Below are positions 52,573 to 62,544 of a stretch of DNA of 64,000 bases, in pieces (position 1 is the first letter of the stretch; each line of letters begins with the position of its first letter). The notes under the pieces were generated by a model. That model ran no database searches, had not been told where the DNA came from, and saw nothing but the letters and a program-made list of their open reading frames with translations. This stretch comes from an uncultured Chloroflexia bacterium. GTDB lineage: Bacteria; Chloroflexota; Chloroflexia; Thermomicrobiales; UBA6265. A program made the translations under genes and the position numbers. The stretch is taken from the NCBI GenBank assembly GCA_963724295.1, contig CAVRUC010000005.1, forward strand, positions 160,001 through 224,000, given 5' to 3'.

Positions 52573-53412
52573 ATGCTGGTAATCAAGATCGGCGGCGGCG
52601 CGGCCATCGGCGAGGGCGGCTACAGCAACTTTGCCGAGGACCTGGCTACCATCGCCGAGCCGGTCGTGGTCGTCCACGGCGGCAATGCCGAGTTCAGCGC
52701 GCTGAGCCGTCAGCTCGGCATGCCACCGCGCATGATCACGTCGTCCAGCGGGCGCGTCACTCGCTACACCGACGCCGCGACGATGGACGCCATGCTGATG
52801 GCCTACTGCGGCAAGGTCAACAAGCGGCTCGTCGCTACGTTGCGCAGCGCCGGCGTCAACGCCGTTGGCCTGAGCGCCATCGACGGGGGCATCGCCGTCG
52901 GCAGACGGAAACCGGTCCTGCGCGGCGCCGAGGATGGCAAGAGCAAAGTGCTTCGGGACGACCACGCGGGAACCCTGGAGTTCGTGGATCCCTCGCTGGT
53001 GGGGCTCTTGCTGCAGAACGGCTACACCCCCGTGCTCACCCCGCCCGCGCTGGGCGAAGCAGGCGTGCCGATCAACGTCGACGGCGACAAGCTCGCCCTC
53101 GAGCTGGCCACCGCGCTGCAGGCGGAGGGCCTGCTCTTCTTCTCCGACACCCCGGGTCTGCTACGTGACCGGCACGACGAAACCTCGCTAATCGCCGAAA
53201 TCGATGCCTCGTCGCCCGAATCGGCACTGGCAGCGGCGGCGGGCCGCATGGTGGTCAAGGTCGAAGCCGCGCTCGGCGCCGTGGAACGCGGCGTTGGTCG
53301 CGTCGTCTTCGCCGATGGTCGCATTGCCAACCCAATCCGGGCGGCGCTAAACGGGCAGGGAACGACCGTCCGACACGCGATGCCCGCGGCAGCTGAAAAA
53401 AGTGATCGGTAA
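52573..53412 (+). CDS. lysZ: [LysW]-aminoadipate/glutamate kinase (ArgB family)
   Basis: VIKIGG, VVHGG, SRQLG...RYTD, INVDGD, DTPGLL, GRMVVK. Confidence 0.92.
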   Translation: MLVIKIGGGAAIGEGGYSNFAEDLATIAEPVVVVHGGNAEFSALSRQLGMPPRMITSSSGRVTRYTDAATMDAMLMAYCGKVNKRLVATLRSAGVNAVGLSAIDGGIAVGRRKPVLRGAEDGKSKVLRDDHAGTLEFVDPSLVGLLLQNGYTPVLTPPALGEAGVPINVDGDKLALELATALQAEGLLFFSDTPGLLRDRHDETSLIAEIDASSPESALAAAAGRMVVKVEAALGAVERGVGRVVFADGRIANPIRAALNGQGTTVRHAMPAAAEKSDR

Positions 53413-53534
53413 CCCGCGGGGAAGCGTCTTTCAAATCGTGCCCGTAGGAGCGCCGCCTGCAAGGCGTCGCCCGCATTGCCTAGACGGAGAACGCACGATT
53501 CGGACGCACCCCCAACACAGGAGCAACGCAACAC

Positions 53535-54716
53535 ATGACGACCGTCGGAACGCTCGACCTGGCTCAAATCCAACACCTCGAAAATGATCACCAGCCACCG
53601 CTCTACGCCAAACGGGAGATCGCCCTCGTCCGCGGCGAGGGCGCCTATCTCTTCGACACCGAGGGGCGCCGGTATCTCGACGCCATGAGCAACTACGGCG
53701 TGGCGATCCTCGGCCACGCCGACCGGGAATACGCCGCGGCTCTCAGCGAGCAATTGCAGACCCTGGCCACCGGCCACCAGAGCTTTTACAGCGACGTCCG
53801 GGCCGAGCTGCTCGCCGAAATCGCGCAGATCGCACCGGCCGGTTTGACGCGCTACTTCCTCTCCAACTCGGGCGCGGAGGCCGTGGAGGCTGCGATCAAG
53901 TTCGCCCGCGTCGCCACCGGACGACCGAATCTCGTCGCGGCCAAGCGCGGCTATCACGGACGGACCCTGGGCGCTCTGGCCGCGACCGCCGACCAGAAGT
54001 ACCGCGCGCCGTTCGAGCCGCTGGCGCCGCACACAACGCATGTCACGTTCAACGACGTCGACGCGCTCGCGGCCGCCGTCGACGACCAGACCGCGGCCAT
54101 CCTGCTCGAGCCGATCCAGGGCGAAGGTGGCATCTGGCCCGCATCCTCGGAATATCTCCAGTCCGCCCGGGAGATCGCCACCGCCCAAGGAGCGCTCCTC
54201 ATCGCCGACGAGATCCAGACCGGCTTCCGCACCGGCGCTCCCTGGGCGATGAGCGTGTCCGAGGTTGTTCCCGACGTGCTGGTCACGGCGAAAGCGCTAG
54301 CCAACGGATTCCCGATCGGTCTGACGATGTTTACCGAAGCGATCTCGGAGGCGATCCCGAGCGGCGCCCATGGCACAACGTTTGGCGCCAGCCCGCTGGC
54401 TTGTCGCGCCGCAATCGTTACCCTGCGCGCGCTGCGTGAGCGGGACCTCTATGCGCGGTCGGCGGCGCTCGGCGCGGAGATCATGGAACGTCTTACCGGC
54501 CTCGGTAGTCCGAAAGTGCGCCAGGTGCGCGGCCGCGGCATGATGATCGGGGTCGAGCTCAAGGAGCGTGTTACCCCGACTCTCCGGGCTCTGCAACAGC
54601 GCGGCGTGCTGGTCCTTCCCGCGGGACCCACCACCTTCCGCCTCCTACCCCCGCTCATCTGGGAGCAGGAGCAGGTCGACGAGTTGATCGAGGCGGTTGA
54701 ATCAACGCTGAACTGA
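53535..54716 (+). CDS. lysJ: [LysW]-semialdehyde transaminase (class III PLP, ArgD family)
   Basis: NSGAEAVE, YHGRT, EPIQGEGG, DEIQTG, AKALANG, HGTTFG. Confidence 0.92.
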   Translation: MTTVGTLDLAQIQHLENDHQPPLYAKREIALVRGEGAYLFDTEGRRYLDAMSNYGVAILGHADREYAAALSEQLQTLATGHQSFYSDVRAELLAEIAQIAPAGLTRYFLSNSGAEAVEAAIKFARVATGRPNLVAAKRGYHGRTLGALAATADQKYRAPFEPLAPHTTHVTFNDVDALAAAVDDQTAAILLEPIQGEGGIWPASSEYLQSAREIATAQGALLIADEIQTGFRTGAPWAMSVSEVVPDVLVTAKALANGFPIGLTMFTEAISEAIPSGAHGTTFGASPLACRAAIVTLRALRERDLYARSAALGAEIMERLTGLGSPKVRQVRGRGMMIGVELKERVTPTLRALQQRGVLVLPAGPTTFRLLPPLIWEQEQVDELIEAVESTLN

Positions 54717-54777
54717 CACATTTGTGAGAAAGTTGGCTTCACCAGCCGCTTTCACAAATCAGCGACTGCTTGCAATT

Positions 54778-56178
54778 TCAGCCCGCATTGCCGGCGCCGC
54801 TATCCAATTTCGGTTCGGTCTGCCGGTGCGGATGCAGCGCCTCGTCAACCTGCTCGCGGGTCAATCCCGACTCTTCGTAGGCGAGCTCGCGCACCGTACG
54901 ACCAGTCGCGTGCGATTTCTTGGCGATTTTGGCCGCATTGTCGTAACCGATAAGCGGGTTGAGCGCGGTAGCCATGCTGATTGACCCCTCGATGTAGCTC
55001 TCCGCCTGCTCCCGGTTCGCCTCGAGACCAGCCAGCGCCTTGTCGACGAAGACCCGTGAGACGTTCGCCAGGAGCCGCACGCTCTCCAACATATTCCTGG
55101 CCATCATCGGCAGCATCACATTGAGGTCGAGCTGGCCCCACTGGCCACCGATGGTGATCGCCTGGCAGTTGCCCGTGACTTGCGCTCCAACCTGGATGAC
55201 GACCTCGCTGATTACGGGATTGACCTTGCCCGGCATGATCGAGCTTCCCGGTTGGATGGCCGGTAGCACCAGCTCGCCCAGCCCAGCCTGCGGTCCGGAG
55301 GCCAGCAGACGAATATCGTTGGCGATCTTCATCAGCGTCGCGGCGAGCGCGGTCAGCGCCCCGGCTGTGAAGACATAGGCATCGCGAGCCCCTTGCGCCT
55401 CGAAATGGTTCTCCGCCTCCCGAAAATGCGTGCCGGTGAGGTCAGAGAGTTCCCGCGCCACACGAGCACCGAAATCGGGATGCGTGTTCAACCCGGTGCC
55501 GACCGCGGTGCCGCCAATAGCCAGCTCGCGCAGCCCGGGCAGCGTTGCCTCGATGCGCTGGATGGTCAGCTCGATCTGTCGCGCGTAGCCGCTGAACTCC
55601 TGACCCAGCCGGATCGGCACCGCGTCCATCAGGTGGGTGCGGCCGATCTTCACGACGTCGTCGAACGCTTTGGCCTTGCGACCGAGGATGTCGTGCAGAT
55701 ACTGGAGCGCCGGGATCAGGTCGTTCTCGATCGCGAGCACCGCCGAGACATGCAATACGGTTGGGATGACGTCGTTCGATGACTGTCCGAGGTTCACCTC
55801 ATCGTTCGGGTGGACCCTTCGTCCCAATTCGACTGAAGCGACCGCGGCGATCACCTCGTTGGCGTTCATGTTCGACGACGTCCCTGAACCCGTCTGAAAG
55901 ACGTCGATTGGGAACTCTTCGTCCAGCTCACCGTCGGCCACGGCGCGCGCGGCATGCTCGATGGCATCGGCCACGTCCGGCGGCAACAGGCTGAGTTCGC
56001 GATTCACTCGGGCCGCGGCCAACTTCACCAGACCCAGCGCCCGGATGAACTCAGCGGGCATCGGTTGACCGGAGATCGGGAAATTCTCAACCGCTCGCTG
56101 CGTCTGCGCGCCATAGCGGGCCGCGGCGGGCAGGACCACCTCGCCCATCGTATCTCGTTCAACTCGCGTCTCGGTCAT
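54778..56178 (-). CDS. fumC: Class II fumarate hydratase
   Basis: FQTGSGTSSNMN, GRTHLMDA, GSSIMPGKVNP. Confidence 0.93.
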   Translation of the reverse strand: MTETRVERDTMGEVVLPAAARYGAQTQRAVENFPISGQPMPAEFIRALGLVKLAAARVNRELSLLPPDVADAIEHAARAVADGELDEEFPIDVFQTGSGTSSNMNANEVIAAVASVELGRRVHPNDEVNLGQSSNDVIPTVLHVSAVLAIENDLIPALQYLHDILGRKAKAFDDVVKIGRTHLMDAVPIRLGQEFSGYARQIELTIQRIEATLPGLRELAIGGTAVGTGLNTHPDFGARVARELSDLTGTHFREAENHFEAQGARDAYVFTAGALTALAATLMKIANDIRLLASGPQAGLGELVLPAIQPGSSIMPGKVNPVISEVVIQVGAQVTGNCQAITIGGQWGQLDLNVMLPMMARNMLESVRLLANVSRVFVDKALAGLEANREQAESYIEGSISMATALNPLIGYDNAAKIAKKSHATGRTVRELAYEESGLTREQVDEALHPHRQTEPKLDSGAGNAG

Positions 56179-56197
56179 TCGATCGAATCTCCGCGTT

Positions 56198-56242
56198 CCC
56201 CCTCTCCTCAGCGCACTGGGAGCGGGGGTCAGGGGGTGAGGG
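56198..56242 (+). repeat. REP-like palindromic repeat, family A copy 2
   Basis: CCCCCTCTCCTCAG-cgca-CTGGGAGCGGGGG-tcagggggtgaggg, close to the copy at 8330. Confidence 0.75.
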
Positions 56243-56250
56243 AACCGGTC

Positions 56251-57990
56251 TCAGTCCGCGGGCTCATTACCCGCAAGTCCCGCATACAACTCGTCCAGCA
56301 TCCCGCGCACGGTCGACACTACTTCAGCGAGCGGAACGAAGACGGCTTCGTCCGCCGACCGCAGCTTGATCTCCGCCTCTCCCTTGCCCAGCGTCCGCGT
56401 GCTGACCGAGACACGGACGGGATTGCCAATCAGATCGGCGTCGTTGAACTTGACCCCCGCGCGCTCCGATCTGTCATCGTAGAGCACTTCGATGCCGGCC
56501 CGCGTCAGCTCGTCGTAGAGCCGGTCAGCCGCATCCTGCGGCTCGGTGTCGTCAGCGCCGCCGATCCACAACAGCGACACTTCGTACGGAGCGACCGTCA
56601 CCGGCCAGACGATCCCGCGGTCGTCGTGATGCTGCTCGACCACGGTCGCCGAAACGCGCCCCGAACCGATGCCATACGATCCCATGTAGATCGGGTGGCT
56701 GATCCCTTCGGCGTCGAGATACTCGGCCCCCAGCGCCTTGGAGTAGCGCGTGCCGAGCTTGAAGATATTTCCGACCTCGATGGCGCGTTCCGCGGTTAGC
56801 GCGGCACCGCACGTCGAGCAGGGGAACCCCGCCTCAGCCGACGCGATGTCGGCCACGACATCCGGCGTGTAGTCGCGCCCGGGGTTGGTGTTGAGCATGT
56901 GCCAGCCGACCCGGTTGGCTCCCGCCACCAGATTCGGCGTATCGCGCACACTCTCGTCGATGACGATCAACGCATCGCGAACCCCGACAGGTGATCCGTA
57001 CCCCGGCTCCGCTCCTATGGCCCGGATCTCCTCGACTGTGGCCGGTGTGAGGCCGGTCTCACCGGCGGCCTTGCGCAGCTTCGTCTCGTTGACGTCGAGA
57101 TCGCCCCGGATCACGGCGAAGACGAACCGGCCGGAATCCCCCTTGTAGAACACCGCCTTCGCCGTCTTGGCGAGTGGTATGTTCAAGAAATCCGCCAGCG
57201 CCTGGATCGTGGTCGTACTCGGCGTCTCGATCTCCTCCATTGGCAGGGGAGCTTCCCCGGTTGGGGCATCGCGTTGGAACGTGGCCACCTCACGGTTATC
57301 CGCGTAGCCGCACTCCGGGCAGATGAGCACGATATCTTCGCCATAGGACGAGAGGGCCATGAACTCGTGAGAAGCACTGCCGCCCATCATGCCGGTGTCC
57401 GCACCGACGACGACGAAGTCGAGCCCCACCCGGCGGAAGATCCGCTCGTAGGCCCGCCAGTGGTTCTGGTACTGCGCATCCAGCCCTTCCTCGTCCCGGT
57501 CGAGGGTGTAGGAGTCCTTCATCGTGAACTCGCGGACCCGGATCAATCCGCCCCGCGAGCGAGGCTCATCACGCCACTTGGTCTGGATGTGATAGACGAC
57601 CATCGGCAGCTGGCGGTAGGAGCTGACTTCCTGCCGCGCCAGATCAGTGACGATCTCCTCGTGGGTCATGGCCAGAACCATGTCGCGGTCGCCGCGGTCC
57701 TTAAAGCGGGTCAATTCCGGCCCGACGACGTCGTACCGACCCGATTCCCGCCAGATGTCGGCCGGATGGACGACCGGCATCAGCATCTCTTGCCCGCCGA
57801 TGGCGTTCATTTCCTCGCGAATGATCTGCTCGACCTTGCGCACAACTCGCCAGCCCAATGGCAGCAGGCTGTAAATGCCCGCGCCCAAAGGCCGCATCAA
57901 TGCGGCGCGCAGCATCAGTCGGTGACTGGGCAGCTCGACATCGCCCGGCGCTTCGCGCAGCGTCCGGCCGAACAGGTGTGACATCCGCAT
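56251..57990 (-). CDS. proS: Proline--tRNA ligase (bacterial type with INS editing domain)
   Basis: MTHEE, RDEPRSRGGLIRVREF, GANR, EVGNIFKLGT, MGSYGIG. Confidence 0.97.
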   Translation of the reverse strand: MRMSHLFGRTLREAPGDVELPSHRLMLRAALMRPLGAGIYSLLPLGWRVVRKVEQIIREEMNAIGGQEMLMPVVHPADIWRESGRYDVVGPELTRFKDRGDRDMVLAMTHEEIVTDLARQEVSSYRQLPMVVYHIQTKWRDEPRSRGGLIRVREFTMKDSYTLDRDEEGLDAQYQNHWRAYERIFRRVGLDFVVVGADTGMMGGSASHEFMALSSYGEDIVLICPECGYADNREVATFQRDAPTGEAPLPMEEIETPSTTTIQALADFLNIPLAKTAKAVFYKGDSGRFVFAVIRGDLDVNETKLRKAAGETGLTPATVEEIRAIGAEPGYGSPVGVRDALIVIDESVRDTPNLVAGANRVGWHMLNTNPGRDYTPDVVADIASAEAGFPCSTCGAALTAERAIEVGNIFKLGTRYSKALGAEYLDAEGISHPIYMGSYGIGSGRVSATVVEQHHDDRGIVWPVTVAPYEVSLLWIGGADDTEPQDAADRLYDELTRAGIEVLYDDRSERAGVKFNDADLIGNPVRVSVSTRTLGKGEAEIKLRSADEAVFVPLAEVVSTVRGMLDELYAGLAGNEPAD

Positions 57991-58088
57991 CGACTGTTGA
58001 ACCTCACCTTCAGGACCACTCGAGGGCTTCGCGACATGGTGAGAATACCAGTCTCGTCAGTGGGAGTTGATCTCGAAATGCCCAGAGA

Positions 58089-58634
58089 TCAGCGAACTTT
58101 GGCCCGCTTCGGTTCGCGTCCCGCTGCGTAATCTTCGATTCTGGCGGCGATGAACAGCAGTGACGAGAGGCGGTTCAGGTATCCCAGAATTGCCGGGTTC
58201 ACCGAATGACCGGCATGGCTCAGCGCTACTACGTGCCGCTCGCCGCGGCGGGTCACGCTCCTCGCGACGTCCAGCGCCGCGCCGGGCGCCGATTCACCGG
58301 GCAGGATGAACTCACGCGGCAATTCCACGCTGGCCGCCATAGCGTCCGTCTCAGCTCCGAGCCAATCGACGCGATCCCGCGGGAACTCGTACGCCGCCGG
58401 ACGCAACTCCGGCGTGAACGCCAGCGCGGCCATGATCTGGTAGAGGTCGCGCTGCACCGCGACCAGATCCTCGCGCACGCGGCCGTCCGCTGCCATTGAC
58501 CGAGCCAGGCCGATCGTCGAGGTTGCCTCGTCCAGGCTCCCCAGCGCGTCGATGCGCGGGTCGTCCTTGGCCACGCGAGCGCCAAGCAGATCAGTCGTAC
58601 CGTCGTCGCCAAGCCCGGTATAAAACCGCACCAC
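58089..58634 (-). CDS. PduO-type cob(I)alamin adenosyltransferase
   Basis: FYTGLGDDGTT, GSLDE, FILPG, YLNRLSSLLF. Confidence 0.9.
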   Translation of the reverse strand: MVRFYTGLGDDGTTDLLGARVAKDDPRIDALGSLDEATSTIGLARSMAADGRVREDLVAVQRDLYQIMAALAFTPELRPAAYEFPRDRVDWLGAETDAMAASVELPREFILPGESAPGAALDVARSVTRRGERHVVALSHAGHSVNPAILGYLNRLSSLLFIAARIEDYAAGREPKRAKVR

Positions 58635-58813
58635 ACCCCTCCCGCGACTGGCCAGAGATGCGACGCACACGAAGGCGTCGCCAGTTTCACTCTACTCCGT
58701 GTGGTAGCATCCTTGCCCCGGAGCGCCCCGAGTCCCGCTCATCGCCTGGCCGTTCCTCGGTCACGCCAGGAACTAGCTGTATCGTGAGCTACCCTCAACC
58801 TCAGTCCGCATCC

Positions 58814-59926
58814 ATGTTCGAGACCAATAGCGAGGAACCGATTCGTGTCGGCGTCATCGGCACCGGCTTCGGGGCGTCATTGCACTTGTCCGCGTTGCGC
58901 GAAAACCCGGACTTCCAGACCGCGGCGATCTGCTCGCGCCGGCCCGAGCGGGCGAGGGCGGCGGCCCTCGACCACGGAATCTCGACTCATCTCTCCGACT
59001 ATCGCGAGCTGGTCCGCGACCGCGAGATCGACGCCGTCATCGTCGCCTCACCGCCACACCTTCATCACGGCATGGTGATTGCCGCTCTCGAAGCGGGAAA
59101 GCACGTGCTCTGTGAAAAGCCAATGGCCAGAAACCTCGCCGAAGCGCGAGACATGCAGCGGATCGCGGAGCGGGTCGGCACCGTGTCCATGGTCAACAAC
59201 CAGTTGCGGTTTCTTCCTGTGCGCATGCGCATTCGCGAGCTCATCAGCGAGGGGTACATCGGCGAGCCGCATGCCGCCAGCGTCGTCGTCCACCGCTCCA
59301 GCCTCAACGACCCACACGAGCGGCCCTGGGGCTGGCTCATGGAGCAGGAGAAAGCGGGAGGCATGCTCGGCGCCACCGGCGCCCATTACCTCGACGCGCT
59401 GCGGTGGTGGTTCGGTGAGGTCAAAGCCGTCGCCGGAGCCGTCTCGACGATGGTCCGCCAGCGGCGGCTGCCCGATTCGTCCGCCATGGCGAAAGTCGAT
59501 GCCGACGACAACTTCTCGGTCATCCTTCGCTTCGCCAACGGCGCACTCGGTACGATCCACGTCTCGGCCACCGCCGGCCATGAGGGCGACGAGGAGGTCA
59601 CCCTTTCCGGGTCCGACGGCACCCTGCAAATTCGGCACGGACGCCTCTGGGCCGCCCGCGGCGGCGAGTTCAGCCTCAGCGAGCTGCCAGTGCCCGAACA
59701 CCTGTCAGGCGGCGTGATCCCCGGCGGTCACTATTTGGTTCAACCGACGGCGTTACTGCTGCGGGCCTGGGCGAAAGCGATTCGGGAGAACGCTCCGGCC
59801 TCGCCATCGTTCGCGGACGGCGTGAAAACGCAGGAGCTGATCGACGGCGCGCTGCGATCCAGCCAGCAGGGGCGCTGGATCGACACCAGCGGTGCACGCT
59901 GGCCGATGACTGGATCGCCACTCTGA
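58814..59926 (+). CDS. Gfo/Idh/MocA family oxidoreductase
   Basis: VGVIGTGFG, GKHVLCEKP, GGMLG...H..D. Confidence 0.92.
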   Translation: MFETNSEEPIRVGVIGTGFGASLHLSALRENPDFQTAAICSRRPERARAAALDHGISTHLSDYRELVRDREIDAVIVASPPHLHHGMVIAALEAGKHVLCEKPMARNLAEARDMQRIAERVGTVSMVNNQLRFLPVRMRIRELISEGYIGEPHAASVVVHRSSLNDPHERPWGWLMEQEKAGGMLGATGAHYLDALRWWFGEVKAVAGAVSTMVRQRRLPDSSAMAKVDADDNFSVILRFANGALGTIHVSATAGHEGDEEVTLSGSDGTLQIRHGRLWAARGGEFSLSELPVPEHLSGGVIPGGHYLVQPTALLLRAWAKAIRENAPASPSFADGVKTQELIDGALRSSQQGRWIDTSGARWPMTGSPL

Positions 59927-59945
59927 TGACGGAGCCTTCTCCCCT

Positions 59946-61088
59946 ATGAGCGCTTCGACCGCGGTTGGGGCTGGAATCGAACATCGCATCGTCGCCGGCG
60001 AGCAAGTGCTCGATACCCCTCTCATCGCCGTCGATCTCGACCTGCTCGAGCGCAATATCGCCGAGATGGCATCGCTTGCGACCAGCTACGGTGTTTCGCT
60101 GCGACCTCATGCCAAGACGCACAAGAGCCCGCATGTCGCCCGCATGCAGCTCGAGGCAGGTGCGGTTGGGCTGACGTGCGCCAAGCTCGGCGAGGCCGAG
60201 GTACTCGTCGATCAGGGCGGCGTCGGCGATATCTTGATTGCCTACCCCATCGTCGGCGATATAAAGATCCGCCGCCTGCTTGAGCTGCTCGATCGCGCCC
60301 GCGTCGCCGTTGCGGTCGATACTCACCCGGCGGCTGTGGCGTTGTCTCGAGCAATTTCCGCCGCTGATCGCACGCTCGACATCTATCTCGAGGTCAATAC
60401 CGGTCAGGACCGGGCTGGAGCGCGTGCTGGTCAGGAGGCAGTCGATCTCGCGGTCGCCATCTCCGCACTACCGGGGTTGCGACTCACCGGCGTCATGACC
60501 CACGAAGGTCACGCCGGCTTCAGCGCCCCGGACGAAATCGCCACCATCGCCCGGAACGCCGGTCAGGCTCTGGTCGATACGGCAGAGCGCATCCGCGCCC
60601 AGGGCGTCGCGGTCAGACACGTCAGCGTCGGCTCCACCCCGGCCTCGTGGTTTACGCCGCGGGTCGCCGGCATCACCGAGATGCGACCGGGCACTTACGT
60701 CTTCAACGACAACAACGCGTTCCGGCACGGCCGCATCGGTCCTGATCGCTGTGCGGCGCGGGTGATCTCCACCGTGGTCAGCCGTCCGGCCTCGGACCGC
60801 GCCATCGTCGACGCTGGCTCAAAAGCGCTGGCGCTCGATCCCAGCCCTAGCCACCCTGGTCACGGCTACATCGTGGGACACCCGGGCGCGACGATCGCCC
60901 GTCTCAGTGAAGAGCATGGCGTCGTCACGCTCGCGCCCAATGAAACTGGATTCGACGTCGGCGATCGGGTCGAGATCATCCCGAACCACATCTGCCCGGC
61001 CGTCAACCTGACTGACGAGCTGGTCATGCTCCGCGACGGACACGTCGTCGATCGCTGGCCGGTGGCCGCACGCGGCAAGGTGCGGTAG
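59946..61088 (+). CDS. D-threonine aldolase / D-serine dehydratase family PLP enzyme
   Basis: LRPHAKTHK, GSTP, EMRPGTYVFND, DAGSK, SEEHG, PNHIC. Confidence 0.9.
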   Translation: MSASTAVGAGIEHRIVAGEQVLDTPLIAVDLDLLERNIAEMASLATSYGVSLRPHAKTHKSPHVARMQLEAGAVGLTCAKLGEAEVLVDQGGVGDILIAYPIVGDIKIRRLLELLDRARVAVAVDTHPAAVALSRAISAADRTLDIYLEVNTGQDRAGARAGQEAVDLAVAISALPGLRLTGVMTHEGHAGFSAPDEIATIARNAGQALVDTAERIRAQGVAVRHVSVGSTPASWFTPRVAGITEMRPGTYVFNDNNAFRHGRIGPDRCAARVISTVVSRPASDRAIVDAGSKALALDPSPSHPGHGYIVGHPGATIARLSEEHGVVTLAPNETGFDVGDRVEIIPNHICPAVNLTDELVMLRDGHVVDRWPVAARGKVR

Positions 61089-61106
61089 CGCGACTCCGCA
61101 CGCCTG

Positions 61107-61137
61107 TGTCATCCCGAGGAACGAGGGATGTCGTCCG
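61107..61137 (+). repeat. REP/MITE-like element family B, copy 2
   Basis: TGTCATCCCGAGGAACGAGGGATGTCGTCCG, similar to 52361-52391. Confidence 0.55.
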
Positions 61138-61236
61138 TGTCTTCGTTAGTGGCTGCCGAAGCTCAGGTTTTCGGTCCGTTTGAGTGCCACGACATTCGGA
61201 TGTTGCCGTAGGATCACTGCTGTGGCGAGAACCGCC

Positions 61237-62295
61237 TCACGATCGCGCGAGCCTCGTGTCTTCCGGACTGATCAAGTTGCCCCGATTGTCCTCGACGTCC
61301 GCGAACCCTGCAGCTGGTTCGTAACCGTCCTCGTACTCGACTTCGTCCTCGTCAAATTCATCCTCGGCGACGTCGAAGTCGAGCTGGTGCCCCGCAAATC
61401 CCGGCAGTGCGTCCTGCACGAGGGGGTGGGCCGGGTTCAGCTCGGTCATGACGAGTTCCTGACCCTGACCATTGATGGTCTGCCGCTTGGTAAGAATCCC
61501 CTTACGCAGGAACTCCATCACCTTGGCCTCGATGTGCTCGGACGGGAGTATTGCCCGGTCGATGAACCGCCACAGGGTACGGCTCATGTGGCTCTGCGTC
61601 GGTACGAAACCATCGTGCAGCTGCCGGACGTAGGCATCGATCGCCTGAATGATCTGCCGGTCGATGTCGACCGATGGGGCAAACTGCAGGGTGTCCTCGG
61701 CGCCTGCCGCGACGACCAGGTCAGGGCTGATCGACCCCGGCACGCCACAGATGACGACCTTCTTGCCCAGCCGGTTGCGCAGCGTGGTCACCAGCCGAAT
61801 GAAATCTTTGTCACCAGTGAAAAGGAGGAACGTCTCGATGTCGGGACGCGTCAACGCGGTATTGATCACGTCGATAACAAAATTGAGATCGGCTCGCGAC
61901 TGAATCTTCTCTCGACCAGTGCCGTCTGACGTCCGTTTCGCCGGATAGTGCTGGGCTTCGAACCCCGCCACGTCGAGGCGGGTCCGCACCGGCGGCGGAT
62001 GCTGATCGAAATCGGCATAGGCTCGAGCCACCGCCATCAGACCGTATTTGAGCGCCTTGTCGCGCCAGGCCAGCGGATCTGGCTCCCGGCCGAATGAATT
62101 GATGCTCGAATAGCGGATGTTCTCGAAGTCGACAAACGCGGCTACTTCACTACGTCCACTTGCGCCTGTGCTTGGGCTTCCGGCTGCCTGCTGATGGGTA
62201 CTTGCCACGTGTGCGAACTGGGAATCGTTTGCCACATCCAAACCCCGCGCCGGAGTCGCTACCGACGCGCCATTCTCATCTTGCATTTGCACCAT
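61237..62295 (-). CDS. NYN (LabA/DUF88) domain protein with acidic tail
   Basis: FVDFEN, ARAYADF, AD..FVID, TGDKDF, GKKV. Confidence 0.85.
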   Translation of the reverse strand: MVQMQDENGASVATPARGLDVANDSQFAHVASTHQQAAGSPSTGASGRSEVAAFVDFENIRYSSINSFGREPDPLAWRDKALKYGLMAVARAYADFDQHPPPVRTRLDVAGFEAQHYPAKRTSDGTGREKIQSRADLNFVIDVINTALTRPDIETFLLFTGDKDFIRLVTTLRNRLGKKVVICGVPGSISPDLVVAAGAEDTLQFAPSVDIDRQIIQAIDAYVRQLHDGFVPTQSHMSRTLWRFIDRAILPSEHIEAKVMEFLRKGILTKRQTINGQGQELVMTELNPAHPLVQDALPGFAGHQLDFDVAEDEFDEDEVEYEDGYEPAAGFADVEDNRGNLISPEDTRLARS

Positions 62296-62544
62296 CGAAC
62301 TCCCTGGACCAATTCCCGGGACCTGTACGCGCTGCGCGCATGACGGGCTCTGGGGTCATCGCCCGTCTCCTGCTGCTCGCCATGCTTTCCCTATGCGCAG
62401 AGCCTTCTTATCCCGAACCATTACCGCAATTAGCGGGAAACGTCTCCACATTCGGTGCGGCGCTTCAGCCGAACTGTGCCGGCCTCACAATCGCCAGTCT
62501 ATCACGGCGCAAGAGACAACTCGACAGGACAATCCGTACGTTGT

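Noticed and set aside
54778..56178. fumC as part of the arginine cluster (fumarate recycling)
   Set aside because: It is on the opposite strand, downstream of proS, and argH is not in the window. Nothing beyond adjacency supports it.
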